This document shows, piece after piece, positions 1 to 11,842 of a stretch of 64,000 nt of DNA (position 1 is the stretch's first letter; every line of letters begins with the position of its first letter). The notes beneath the pieces were generated by a model. It was not told where the DNA came from and searched no databases. It saw nothing but the letters and a program-made list of their open reading frames with translations. The DNA is taken from contig MU057781.1 of NCBI GenBank assembly GCA_013265495.1, positions 1,302,001 to 1,366,000 on the forward strand, read 5' to 3'. Both the position numbers and the translations under genes were made by a program. The DNA comes from Vicugna vicugna. Lineage: Eukaryota.

Positions 1-1274
1 CTCTCCAGAGAAGGGGGTGCGGCCACCGTGAGCAGCGGGGGGGGCTCGTCCTGAAGGCAGGGGCACTTCCTGTGCTGCCCCCCCGCTTGGATTCCGGAAA
101 GGCTGACGCCTGTAAATAATGCATTGTGTGTATGCGTGTGTGTGTGAGGGACAGCGGCCAGCGCGTGCGGGGAATGCCGATGGCCGGAGGACAGGGAGGC
201 CAAGGTGGCCGAGGCTCGGACAACGACGGCGAGTCGCTAGGGCAGATGCGACTCCCCACAAGGAGGGGTTCTGAGTCACCGGTGCATCTTCTTGTTCAAT
301 TTGAAATGTCAAAACAAGGGAGAAGCTTTTAGCCAGAGGTCAGCGCTGCCCGCAGAGCTGCCCCCCGGCCCGCAGGCTGGGGGCCGGCGCCAGCCTCTCA
401 GAGGCCTGAGGGTCACGTTCCAGGCACAGCCCAGCTGCACCTCCAGCTCGGTGACCCGAGCCAGCCACCTGTTGCCCCCAGCACGTCCAGGCCTCTGGGG
501 CAGCCGTGTCCGAGGTTCTGTATCCTCACATTTGGATCCTCGTTTGCAAAATGGGTCCTTGTCACTGGCAGATGAAGGGTGAGCCAGAGGTCAGGGCAGG
601 GGGCCAGCACGGCCCCTCGGGCCCTGCGCATGTGCGCTGTCCTCCCCAGCATCAGCCCCGTCTCCACCTCCTGTCTGACCCTTTGGCCCTCCCGTGAGAA
701 CCGCCGGGCGGCCCCGGTTGGGGGCCCTCCTCCTCGAGTCCGTCCCACCCTCTCCCCACCCCGGCCCCCAGCCCACTCCACGCAGGCCCGTCAAGACTGC
801 GGGAATCAGCTGGGCTACCCTCGCCCGGAGAGTTTGGAATCTCAGCTGTGCGCTGAGCTTTTATTCCTGACAAGTAACACTTACGCTGGAGAGGCTTTCC
901 GGAAGGACAGAGAATGCCCAGCCTGGCATGTGGGCTGCAGCTCGGCTGCAAGCACTTTCCTGAGCGCGTCTGAGAGTCTGAGGTGTAGACACCTGGGCGG
1001 CTGCCCGTGGCCCTGGGGCACGAGGGGAGGAGAACCAGCAGGGCTGGCTCTGGCCTTGCCACACTCCCACCACCCGCTTGGCCCTGGTGGTGAGCTGCCC
1101 CAACCCCTGTGGTCGGACAAGGCGCCTCCGGCCCCCAGTTGTAAAGACGCCGTGGTCGCCAGCAGGTACGACCAAAGCTGAAACCACGCTGCTCTCTGGG
1201 CGATTTCCTGTGGGACTGCTGGTGCCCCACGCACCTTCTGAACACGCCGCCTGCGTGCCCTCGGCGCCCGCAGG

Positions 1275-1277
1275 ATG
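1275..1277 (+). CDS. ADGRA1: ADGRA1 coding exon 1 (start codon only); 5' boundary of this exon not determined
   Basis: GCAGG-ATG|GTGAGT: ATG followed directly by a perfect donor. A phase-0 join to GAT CTG at 6365 gives MDL..., matching the recalled ADGRA1 N-terminus. A at -3 and G at +4 after splicing give a strong Kozak context. Confidence 0.8.
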
Positions 1278-4200
1278 GTGAGTTCCCGGCGCCGCCCCGG
1301 GGGGCTGGGGGGCTGCAGCCCCATCTCCAGCGGGTAGATCCCAGGCCTCACACCCCCGCCCACCCGCCCAGCACTGACCACAGCTGCTGTCAGGGGCTGA
1401 CCTGCACGGCTGTTCCCGCGATGGTGCTGCCAGCTGTCAAGTTCAAGCAGGTTCCAAAATGCAAGCGGCTTTGCGCCCCATAGTCTTCTGTGATCCTCAC
1501 TGTCAGCTCAGGGCACAGTGCTCTTCAAGGGAACAAAGTGGCAGGCTCTGGAGTCGGAGGGAAACCCGTCCAAACCCGTGTGCTGTTTCCCTGAGTCGGT
1601 GGTGCCACCACACCTGTCTCGGGAAAGAGGGTGAGCCCACCCGCTCACTCATGCTGGGGCCTCAGTGGCACCATGGCCTCGCTGGTGGCTTTGCTCCGTG
1701 TGGCCCAGGCCCAGGAGGCATGGCCTGACCTCGGTGTGTCAGGGCATCCTTCGCCAGGTCCTGCAGGGCCCGGAACCAGGACAGGGCGCGAGGCCAGGCC
1801 TGCCCCAAAGACAGACATGCACGCTCAGGACGCCGCTGCTCTGCACGGAAGCACCCACGTTCAAAAGGCAAGAGTGGAGTTGAAACCCCGGAGAGACCAG
1901 GGAGGTTGCAGGGCAGAGACTGGAGGCCGGGGCTGTGGGTGGTCTGGGAGGGAGGGAGCCCGCAGGGCGTCGGGGCTCTGTCTGAGCCAGCGGGACCCCA
2001 GCCAAACCTGCTGCTCCCACCGCCCGCATCCGCCCGCGACACCAGTTCAGAGGCTCAGGGAGTTCCTCCGGTTTGTTGCTCTTTATTCAGTCCAATATTT
2101 CAATTTCTATAAACCTCTAAAACCTACCTTCCTCTCGCAGAGTTTATCGCCCACCCGATGGCTCCTCTCTGTCTGTGTTGACAGTTTTAAGCAAGTGACC
2201 TCCCGTCTGGAAGGAAACCCCCGTGATATTTCTCAATGTATTTTTCTCCAAAGTTCTTCAGACTTCAGCCGGCCCACACATCCTCAGAAGACAGCAACAA
2301 GCCACGGAAATGTCCAGTTAGGGTAACTTGTGCTCCAAATGAGTAAATTACTTACCTTTTGCATCTGCTCCCCCCGGGACACTGTCCCGGAAGGTTGACA
2401 GATCGAGAGGTTGGAACCACATTAAACAGCACACAAGGGACCGCAGGCTCCCCCGAGGTCAGTCTGGTTGGGACGAGACTGGGAGGAAGGACAGCCCTGC
2501 CCGCCCCGGCCGCCCGCAGACCCAGCACGGACGCCTCGCTGCGCGGGAGGGACGCCCGCAGATGGTCCGCACCTCGGCCTGCAAGAGGCCACGCGAGCTT
2601 GTCTGACCGGATGAGCGACCCCGGAGTGGACCTCTCCCCTCCCTCCTTCTCGGCTTTCTTGACATCCTGGTTTAGCTGATTTGCAGTGCCTACCAGCAAG
2701 GACACATCTGGGGAAAATCGTAATAACACGTGACAGAAAAGCGGAAATGGGAACAGACCAGCCTGGGGGCTGCTGCCCTGGGTGGGTCGCTCCCGCCTGC
2801 AGGCTCCACGGACAGCGGGGCCAGGGCTTCTCAGAGGAGACAGCAGCCCCGCCGGCCATCCTGCGGGCGCAGAAGTGACGGGACCCGTGGGCTCCAGCCC
2901 CACAGCCGGGGGCAGGACTGCGGCTCCGGCAGCTGGCGTGCGGCCATCCGCCAAGGAGGCTGGCGGTGGCCTTCGCCCCCAGCTTGTCTGTGGGTTCTGT
3001 GGACCCCTCTGCACACTCCGTCCCTGTCACTGGTCCCAGGAGCCCTGACGGCCCCGCAGCCCCCGAAGGTCGTGTCCAGAGAAGGCAGTCAGCTCGATGC
3101 TGTTTGACCATGTGCTGGACCATTACAGGGACTTTGCCCACGGAACACCTGCAGGGTGGATTCTTCCAAGAGGAACTTGTACATGTGTGAACTTTAAAAT
3201 ATAAAACGTATCTCCGTTTTGCATTACCTACTTTGAATTTTAAATGTCACCTCTAAAAATGTAGAAAGCACTGTTGATAACTCTAATTTAGAGAAAGGAA
3301 AAAAAACCAGGAGGCTAAATGGAATTGAATCTGTTTCTTCTAAAACATACATGGTGGATGCAGTCACTCGGGGCCAGGGACCCCTTCACCTGGGTGAGGC
3401 CCCAAAACCGGGGCCTCGACCGGAAGGCAGGAGCCCCGGAGGTGGGGAGACCTCGGGCTGTGCGAACACTGGTCCTGCACTGATGCTCCAGGGTGCGTTC
3501 CTGCTGCAGGAAAACCAGCTCTGACCCTTGTTTGGCTTAAGACAGAGGGTCTGTGCGTGTGAATGAAGTGGCAGATAGGACGCGTCTGGAGGTGAGCCCG
3601 CCACCACGGTCCGGCTGCTGGACACCCCTCCCAGGGCCAGATGTGCTGATGGCTCCCGGACACAGGGACCCCGGCCGTCCAGTCCCGCGGGGATGCTGCT
3701 TGGGAAGCGCGGGCTAGCTTTCCTCGACCCCTCTCCACCCGCTGCCCCTACCCCCACCCCAGACAAGAGTCAGGGGTCTGACCTCGGTCTTTAGGGGCAG
3801 CGAGGTAGCTCCCCAGTGTTCACACCACAATGACGACACCCCGAGAAGGTGGACACACCCAGGCCCTTCACCTCGGGGCACCGAGGACATGGTCCTGATA
3901 GGGTCGGTGAGAGGACGGGGCACCGGCCGGTCCTGGAGCGGCTCTCGCGTGCAGACGTGAAACCGGAAGCCAAGGTGGGCTTTTGTGAAGAGTCAGGGGG
4001 TCTCAGACCCAGCTGATGTTACGGGAGGAACAAACCATCGTCTCCATGAAAAGAGCGGGCACAGGCCCAGGACACGTGGCCGCCTGTGGGACCTGGGCCC
4101 GCTTGCTCCCAGCCGACGGCTCTCAGACGAACCACAGGCGAAAAGGCCACTTGCGGTCAGGGCTTGACCAAGGAGACCCGGTGTCCGCGATGTTCGCCTT

Positions 4201-5635
4201 GAGTTGCATCTGACAGGAGGCTGGTGCCCTCGACCTGACGGGTGCAAAAGTGCCCTGGGACTCTCAGCCGCGGGTCCCCTTCCTGCCACCCTGATGGCAA
4301 TGTGCCGGGGTCAGGACGCCCCGGTGTCCCTGACGCCAGTGGGAGCTGAACGTCCCTGAGAAATGAGGGGCAGCCTGTGTTTCCGGCCCTGCACACTCTT
4401 TCTTACAAAATGCCTGTTCTCCACTGGGCCATTCTGCCCGTCATGGGGGCCCCCCTCCCCAGGCGAAGGCTCCTGCTTGCGGGACCGGGCCCCGTGGCCT
4501 TCACGCCCTAGGCAGTGGCTCCACCAGGCATTGTGTGAGGCTGGGAAAAACCGTCCTTGCAAGCCGTGCCAGGCCCGTTGCCCCAGGGCCATGCCTCCCC
4601 AGGCGGCTGGAGCCAGCAGAACCTCCGGGTCTCCCTTGGGGACACTCTGCATCCCCGTCACCTTGAGGCTGCCTTTCCTCCTGAGCTCGTGGTTTCCTGG
4701 GATCTGGGCTGTGAGCAGCATGTGTCCTACTGACAGCCCGTGTGTCCGGGTGGGCATCACTGATGGTCTGTGCACGTCCACACCTGCCAGTCAGACTTCC
4801 TAGCCCGTGGGCAGTCGGGCCCCAAGCACAAGGGCGGCCGTGGTGAGGTCTGTGGAGTGGCTGTCCAGCGCCTCCCTGGCCGTCGGCTCACTCTGGGACC
4901 GGACACTGTTCCTGCTTCGCGTGTCAGCCGGGCACCTGCACAGCCAGACGCTGAGGAGCCCCCAGGCGTCCACGTCACTCAGGGCCTTTCCCAGGTGATG
5001 GGACTCCATCAGCCGTTGCCAGGACAACAGAGAGCCGTCCTCATCAAAGTCCCTGCGTCGGGGCCGAGTCGGGGCCGAGGCCCCACTGGGTAGTGGGCGG
5101 CTCCCTCTGAGCACATCCCGCACCTGCTGGCTGGCAAGGTGTCATCTCAGCTGGGCTAATGACAGGTGTCCCTCAGGAGAAAAGCAGCTTGAGGGCTCAG
5201 ACAGGCTTGCTTTCTGCCTCCTGCCGTGGACGGGCCACAGCCTCTCCGGCCATCTCTCCATCCCCCATTCCCGGTCTGGAGGCTCCACCAGCTGCGCCTA
5301 CTGCCTGGGGCTTGTGCGTCTGGAGCCGCCCTTGGCCCGGGGTGGGCATGTCAGCACTGGACACCGCCGTGGCCTGGGGACGGGGCCAGTGCAGAGGCAG
5401 GCCCCGCCCTGACCACCCGCCCCATGGTCAACATGGGGGCAGCTCTGGGGCCTCACCGGGGTTCTGGCAGCCCTCACCAGTGGGCACGGCCCCCAGCCTG
5501 TCCTCCCAGAGCCAGGCACATCCCCCAGGGGCCATGGGGGCAAAGTGGGGGGTTCAGGGCCTGGGCTGGGGGTCAAGCAAGGACTTCACCCTCTGGCCTG
5601 AGCACCGAGAGCCAGACCACCCACCCAGTGGGGAG

Positions 5636-5945
5636 CATTTGTCCCCAAGGGTGACAGTAACAAAGTCTCACACGGCAGGTGGCTTAAACCACAGGAATTT
5701 CTTTCTTGCGGTCCTGGAGCTGGACGTGCAAGGCACAGCTGCACGCAGGCCGCTTTCTCCTGAGGTCTTGTTCCTTGGTGTGCAGACAGCTCCTTCCCAC
5801 CATGTGGGCCCGCGGCCCTTCCTCCGTGTTTGAGCTCCCACTGTCCCTATTCTTACAGGGACGCTGGTCCTGTGACCTCATCCACCTGAGCCATGTCCGA
5901 CCTAAAAGCAGAGCGTCGGTGGGTGTGAGGCTCAGACCTGGGGCC
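5636..5945 (-). mobile_element. MaLR LTR fragment (MLT1-like)
   Basis: gtaacaaagtctcacacggcaggtggcttaaaccacaggaatttctttc...gtcctggagctgg resembles the recalled MLT1 end in reverse orientation. Confidence 0.6.
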
Positions 5946-6364
5946 TGGGGTGGTCTGATGTGAGCTGCTGCCTCTGCAGCCGCATCCAGGCCTCCGGGGC
6001 AGCCGTGCCCTCAGCTGAGCGAGCGCCTCTGACAGACGCAGGTGCCCCGAGGCTCCATCAGCGGCACTGGGTGGGAAGGAGGCCAGAGGCCAGAGGCCAG
6101 CTGCCGGGCACAGCGGAAACACTGTCCTTCGGGAGCTGCCGTCAGAGCCCACAAAGACGTTCGCAGCGAAGCAGACCCACCGGGGCAGTGTTCGTCCTCC
6201 CCTGCCCAGACAGACTGTCCGCCTCTGCTGAGACCCAGCAAGTCCCCACCTGATCCGAGAATCCTCCCACCAACGCAGGGAGAGCCCAGGGCCGAGGGAG
6301 AGCCCAGTGGGTCTGCCCAGGCACCCGGCCACGTGGGTCACGCTCTGCTCTGTGTCCTCTCCAG

Positions 6365-6492
6365 GATCTGAGGGCCGTCCTCTCCCTGCCCCAGGCCCCC
6401 GGGGAGTTCCTGCACCCCGTGGTGTACGCCTGCACCGCCGTCATGCTGCTCTGCCTGCTGGCCTCCGCCGCCACCTACGTCCTTCACCGCAG
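6365..6492 (+). CDS. ADGRA1: ADGRA1 coding exon 2 (128 nt): short N-terminus and TM1
   Basis: ctctccag|GATCTG...CGCAG|gtgagg; translates [42 protein letters not shown](S), with the ADGRA-family LHPVVY motif. Confidence 0.96.
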
Positions 6493-7541
6493 GTGAGGCG
6501 CCCTGCCCTGGACGCACGCCCGCCTTCCAGTGCAGACCCTCTGGGAGACCCCTGCCCTCGCGTAGCAAGAAGTGCCCAGGAGGGATGTCACAGGTGGCAG
6601 GCCGGCGCGAGCCTGGCAGTGGCCGAGGGTGGCCAAAGGTTCAGGGACAGCCACGCCCTCCACGCCAGCCTCCCCGTTCTCGTCAGTCAGCTGCAGTCCA
6701 CCCCCTCCACTGGCCAGACACCCTGGCCGCCCCACTCTGGGCAGTTGGAGCAGCCGGCAGAGCCCTTCGGGCAGCTCTGCCTCTGCTTTGTCCAGAGGAG
6801 AGTCCAGCTGGTTTCCTGCTGAGCTGGTTCCCGGGCCACCTCTGCCTGGGGAGAGGGCATCACATGAAGATTCACTGAGAAATGTGAGGCGGGATGCTGG
6901 CCCCCAGCAGCGTGAAGTCCACAATAAGAGTCATGTCCACAGCTGGGGTCGGGGAGGAGGCTTGGGTGCGACTGAGGCCACAGAGGAGCTGGGGTAGCGA
7001 TGACAGCAGCAGGCAGAGGCTAAGCAGTCTGTCTGGGTATCACTGGGTCCGGGGTGGTCGTGGACATGGACACGCCACAGGCACATCCTAGTCCAGGGAG
7101 AGGCTGGGCTGTGGGGGGGTGTTCCAGTGCGTCCGAGCCACCAGGTGTCAGATGTCCACTCAGAGCGGAGAGAGCTCTGTCCCAGGAACCAGGAGGCGTG
7201 GCTGGTGGCTTTCCTCTCTCCCCTCTCTGTCTGTGACCTTGGACAAGTCCCAAGGTCTCAGGGCCTCAGTGTCCTCACCTGTCCCACGGGCAGGTGCTCC
7301 AGATTCCCCAGGGGACTTAACACCAAGCCACCCCACGGCCACCGACCAAGGGGGATCCAGCAGGGTCTGTCCTTCCCACAGTCTGGTCTTTCCGGAGTGT
7401 CGCTCTCGGCCCCGTCTCAGCCAGGCTCTGAGCTCCTCAGCCCCTTCCCCCACCGACGGGACGTGGCTCTCGGCGAGCGGGCTCCCGCCTGCGCTGCGCC
7501 CCGAGATGCCAGGTCCTGACGCGAACTCTCCGTCCCCGCAG

Positions 7542-7665
7542 CGCTATCCGGATCAGCCGGAAAGGCCGGCACGCGCTCCTGAACTTCTGCTTCCACGCGG
7601 CTCTGACCTTCTCAGTGTTCGCCGGCGGCATCAACCGCACCAAGCACCCCACCGTGTGCCAGGCG
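7542..7665 (+). CDS. ADGRA1: ADGRA1 coding exon 3 (124 nt): ICL1, TM2, ECL1
   Basis: ccccgcag|CGCTATC...CAGGCG|gtgagt; (S)[41 protein letters not shown]; phases match both neighbours. Confidence 0.97.
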
Positions 7666-8610
7666 GTGAGTGCTGCCTGCCCTCATTTCCCTGCAGACCT
7701 GCAGGGCCGTCAGCTCTCCCACCGAAGGGGAGGCGCGTGGCAAGTGCCCTGCTAGCGGGATGACAGCTGAGTGTTGCTCAGGTGTTTCTCGTGAAGGGGC
7801 GTTTACGCACCCAGGGTCTGCATCGCAGTTTCTCCCCGTGTGAGTCTGCAGCTTGGCCCAGCGTTCGATCATGTCATTTGATTTATTTTTCAACTGGACC
7901 AGCTTTCTCCAAGGCGTAAGGTGACATGTTAACTAGACATTCCTTGCCCAACAAACGGAGCTCAACCCAGAGCTAGGGACACGACCCGCCTCTCCCGCTG
8001 AGGCTGTGGGGCAGAAGCGTGGGACGGGGCCCCCTGCCCCCTCGGTCCAGGTAAGAACCCACGGGTGCGCGTGGACAGCGCAGGGAGCTGTAGTCAGCAG
8101 CCTTGACGACTTAGAACGGGAAGGAGTCTGTGTGTGTGTGACTGAATCGCTGGCCCAACGCCGTAAAGCAGCTCTACTCCGGTTAAGAAGGAGAGACCCC
8201 GCGGAAGTGCAGCTCCCAGTCAGGGAGGGGGCTCGGTCACTGGCAGGTCACGGGGCCCCAGGCCACAGACAGCCACGTGCGCCCGCCCCACACGGCCCGC
8301 GGCGGAGCTCGCTCTGGGGAGGTCTGCTCCCACTCGCGTGAAAAGGGAGCTCTGGCTCCGGGCATGGAGAGGACAAGCCACGAAAGGTCTTCTTCCCACC
8401 CCTCAGCCTCACCTGAACTTTCTTTAAAAAGAGGGGGAGTATGAACTGCCCTTCGGTCCTGATGGAGCTCAGAAGAGGCCCTTCTGTCAGCTGCCAGTCG
8501 AGGACAGGCAGCCCGACGCACCTTTGCAGCTGGACACCGAGGGACCCAGGCTCTCCTCTCTCCAGCCTCTTGCCAGCCGCTTACTTGGCTCAGCCCAGTG
8601 GATATTCCCA

Positions 8611-8968
8611 CAGCTGGACTGTCTCCCCCAGGTGCACAGTTCCCTCCAGGTGCACGTTCCCCTCCAGGTGGACCATCCCCTCCAGGTGCACAGTCTCCTC
8701 CAGGTGGACTGTCCCTCCAGGTGGACCATCCCCTCCAGGTGGACCATCCCTCCAGGTGGACCATCCCCTCCAGGTGGACAGTCACCTCCAGGTGGACCGT
8801 CTCCTCCAGGTGGACCGTCTCCTCCAGGTGGACCATCTCCTCCAGGTGGACCATCCCCTCCAGGTGGACCGTCTCCTCCAGGTGGACCATCCCCTCCAGG
8901 TGGACAGTCACCTCCAGGTGGACCATCCCCTCCAGGTGCACAGTCTCCTCCAGGTGGACAGACACCTG
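8611..8968. repeat. 18-bp minisatellite, about 20 units, consensus CCAGGTGGACCRTCYCCT
   Basis: CAGGTG counted at 8629, 8647, 8665, 8683, 8701, 8718, 8736, 8753, 8771, 8789, 8807, 8825, 8843, 8861, 8879, 8897, 8915, 8933 and 8951; period 18 with two 17-bp units. Confidence 0.97.
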
Positions 8969-11828
8969 CAGCACCCAGGCAGGGGCTTGGTGGGGGCTGC
9001 CCAAGGACCACAGGGCATCTTACCAAGGCCTTGGTGGGTGTCTATCTGCCTGAAGCAATTGGAGGGAGTGTCCCAGCTGCCTGCATTAGGAAGTCACACA
9101 CTCCCCTTACAGCCTTGGTTGCTATAAATTCAACAAGAGTTTGTTGACAGCTGTGGGGGCTGCTGCAGGCTGTCACCTGACACCCACGTGTGCCGGCTGA
9201 CCTTGGTGGCCATCTGTCCCCAGGAGATGACTTGTTCACCTGCACAGACAGTAGTGGCTGGCGACTCACCCTGGAAATCAGTGGCCAAAAGGCACGTGCC
9301 CCGGGGGTGCCTGGGGGAAGACTCTGTGTGCGCTCCTGCCCACACACCCTCCACCTGCAAGCAGGAGCCAGGCCCGGAGACAGCACCGCTGCCCCAGCCT
9401 CCCCCGCTTCTCTACACAGAAGGGACGTCACTTCCCTGCAAATCCACCTTAGGGCTGACATCCCATCGGGAAGTCGCTCCCGGGGCCCTGCAGAAAAGTC
9501 ACCAGCAAATATCTGAACGCCGTGCTGAGGGGTAGACACGCTCCTGTCAGCCTCTGGACAGCGTGGAAGCACCACGGGGGGAGCCCCGGGAAACCAGCTC
9601 GCTGTCCTCTGTGAGCGCCTGCTGTGGCGCGGCGCCGTCTGGAAGCAGCAAAATGCATGGTCACCTTCATGTCTGCACTCTGCGTGCTGGACTCTACAGC
9701 AGGGGCCCTGGGATCCTGACGGTACGGCCAGGCCCAGTCCCCCTCCCAGTCCTGTGGTCCTGGGAGCCCCACCCTCCCCCAAAGCCGGGAGCTGTCCTCC
9801 AGCCCGCCAGCCAGACAGAGGCTCCCAGAGGCCAGGCGTCCTCCTGGAGGCCGGGTGGACCCCGAAGTGCATGATGGGCGGGGGCCGAGCAGGCCTGGGG
9901 TCTGGAGAGGCGAGATCTGCAGGGGCCCTGTTAGCGTGGGACACACCCGGTCCCCTCGGGGTGACAACCTCAGGACCACCAGAGGAGCAGGCTCGGGCCC
10001 AGTGTCGCTGCGGCCTGGCTTTCCGACTGCGTCTCCTGAGGGAAGCAGGGCATCACCCGCTCACTCGCAGACGTGCGTTGGCCCCGGCCGTGCGGAGCAG
10101 GGAGAACAGCATCCCGGCAGGGCGGTCCCGGTGGCACGCAGGCCAGACGTAACCCACCGGGCGCATCAGGAGGAGCGATGGGGGCAGAGCGGCCATAGGG
10201 ACCTCAGGAGCCCTCGGTGAACTTTCCTGCTGCCCGCCCACTGCAGACACGGCTAATGTCACAGAGGGTGGGCCGGGCCCACCCACCACTCACTGGAGAA
10301 GAGAGACCCCTGGGAGGCACAGCTTAGAACCCAGAGGGGAGGCCTGACAGTTAACCTCATGTCGAGCTGATGAAACACGGATGCCCAGGCGTTTGGTCAA
10401 ACAGCTTCCTGGGTGGGTCTGCGGGGGTGTGGCTGCAGGCGGTGAGCATCCGATCCAGTGGCCTGGGGAGGGCACACGTGCGCCCAGCAGCGGCCCCTCC
10501 CACCACGAGGGTCTGAGAGGAACAAAAGCCTGAGGAAGAAAGACCTCAGCCTCCTGCCTTTGGACTCAGGCCCAGACCGGAACCACACCGTCGGCCTCCT
10601 GGGCCTCCAGCTCGGTGACAGCAGAGTCTGGGCTCCTCGGCCTCCAGAGGCAGAGGCACGCAAGCCAGCTCCTTGCAGCAAACGTGGCTCTGCGTCAGCA
10701 GCCGTTAGCCTTCCCCCCAGCCCTTTCCCTGCCGTGACAAGTGACAGCTCACCACCGCCTGAGGCCTGAATAGACTCCTGCGGGCCAACCTTCCCCATCC
10801 AAGTGTTGCTCAGCATCGCAAGGAAGCGATGTCGGAGAGGTGGTCCAGAGCTCTGGTGGCTGCAGAGAATAGATGGTTGTTATGGTGATAAAATGATGCC
10901 TGTGAGCTGTGCTGAAGAGCCACGTGACGTCAGGAACACGGCGGCCTGGTGGCCCGGAGGCCCGGAGGCCCCACCCAGGCCTGTGCGTCAGCCCTGGCCC
11001 TGGGGCCAGAAGCGTGGGCTGGGTGGCCGGGCCATGGCCAGGCAGCCGAGGAGGTAACCCAGCGACCTCTCCATGGTCCAGCCTCGAGGTGGCGTCGGGG
11101 AGACAGAGGTCTGCTCTTTACAGCTTCTCATGATCCACAAATTGCATAGCCTGGTGAGGCTCCGAGCAAACGGGCGAGGGCACAGCCCCTTCCCCCCGCC
11201 TTCCGGGCCGGATCAGCTGCGGGGCCGAGGCTGGGGCTCCTTCAGAGGGTGCGACTCTGTTTCTATCCACACATGACGGCAGCCACTCTGCTGTCCCTGG
11301 AAAGGAGGTCAGACTGTGCTTCCGTCGAGGGCCAGGCCCACACGGTCCCTCTTTCTCCTTTTCGGGTGCAGGGAGTTCTAGCCCCCGGTTCCAGTGCCTC
11401 CTCCTCTCGGCCAGGCCGGGGCAAGAAGGTGACCTCAAGGCACCAGGCACACACGACCGCGTGACGAGATCCAGGCCAGGCTGAGGGAAAGGCTGGACCC
11501 TCCCGGACAAGGGGAACCACCTGAGACCGTACAGCGGCCCCGGGGCTCTCCCACCCCCCACAGCACTCCCGTCAGTTACTACAGACCTTCCTGTGGTCCA
11601 AATTGAACTCTGGATTTGATAAATCATTACAATGGTGCAATCTTACTTTCTTCAGAGAATCTCTGTGTTCCTTAAACATTTACATCCTTTCCATCTACAG
11701 CCAGATTTTACTTGTCATTCTGAAGTGGCAGGTCGTTACTTCAACGGTAACCTCAGGATCGGATGGAGGCAGGAGTGTGGAGTGTGTAACTAGCTAATGC
11801 AGTGCCGCCGGCCATGGGCGGCTGGGCT

Positions 11829-11842
11829 GTTTCCATAGTAAC
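11829..11842. promoter_or_regulatory. RFX X-box motif
   Basis: GTTTCC-AT-AGTAAC is a full match to GTTNCC-AT-RGYAAC; function untested. Confidence 0.55.

Noticed and set aside
110-520. ADGRA1 core promoter or non-coding first exon
   Set aside because: Plausible by position, but no TSS, TATA box or exon boundaries can be supported from sequence alone.
1200-1274. Possible remnant of a GAIN/GPS-coding exon upstream of the ADGRA1 ATG
   Set aside because: The in-frame upstream sequence (stop at 1239-1241, then TRRLRALGARR) shows no GPS-like residues.
2807-2818. REST/RE1 site (CCACGGACAGCG)
   Set aside because: Only the right half matches. Other partial matches (63911, 47566) also lack the second half, so no full RE1 was found.
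8611-8968. CRISPR-like repeat array
   Set aside because: Eukaryotic DNA; the units abut without unique spacers and there are no cas genes.
8237-9147. Several 150-255 aa repetitive ORFs (VHLEG, LQVDHP, PPGGPS)
   Set aside because: All are translations of the 18-bp minisatellite, not protein-coding evidence.
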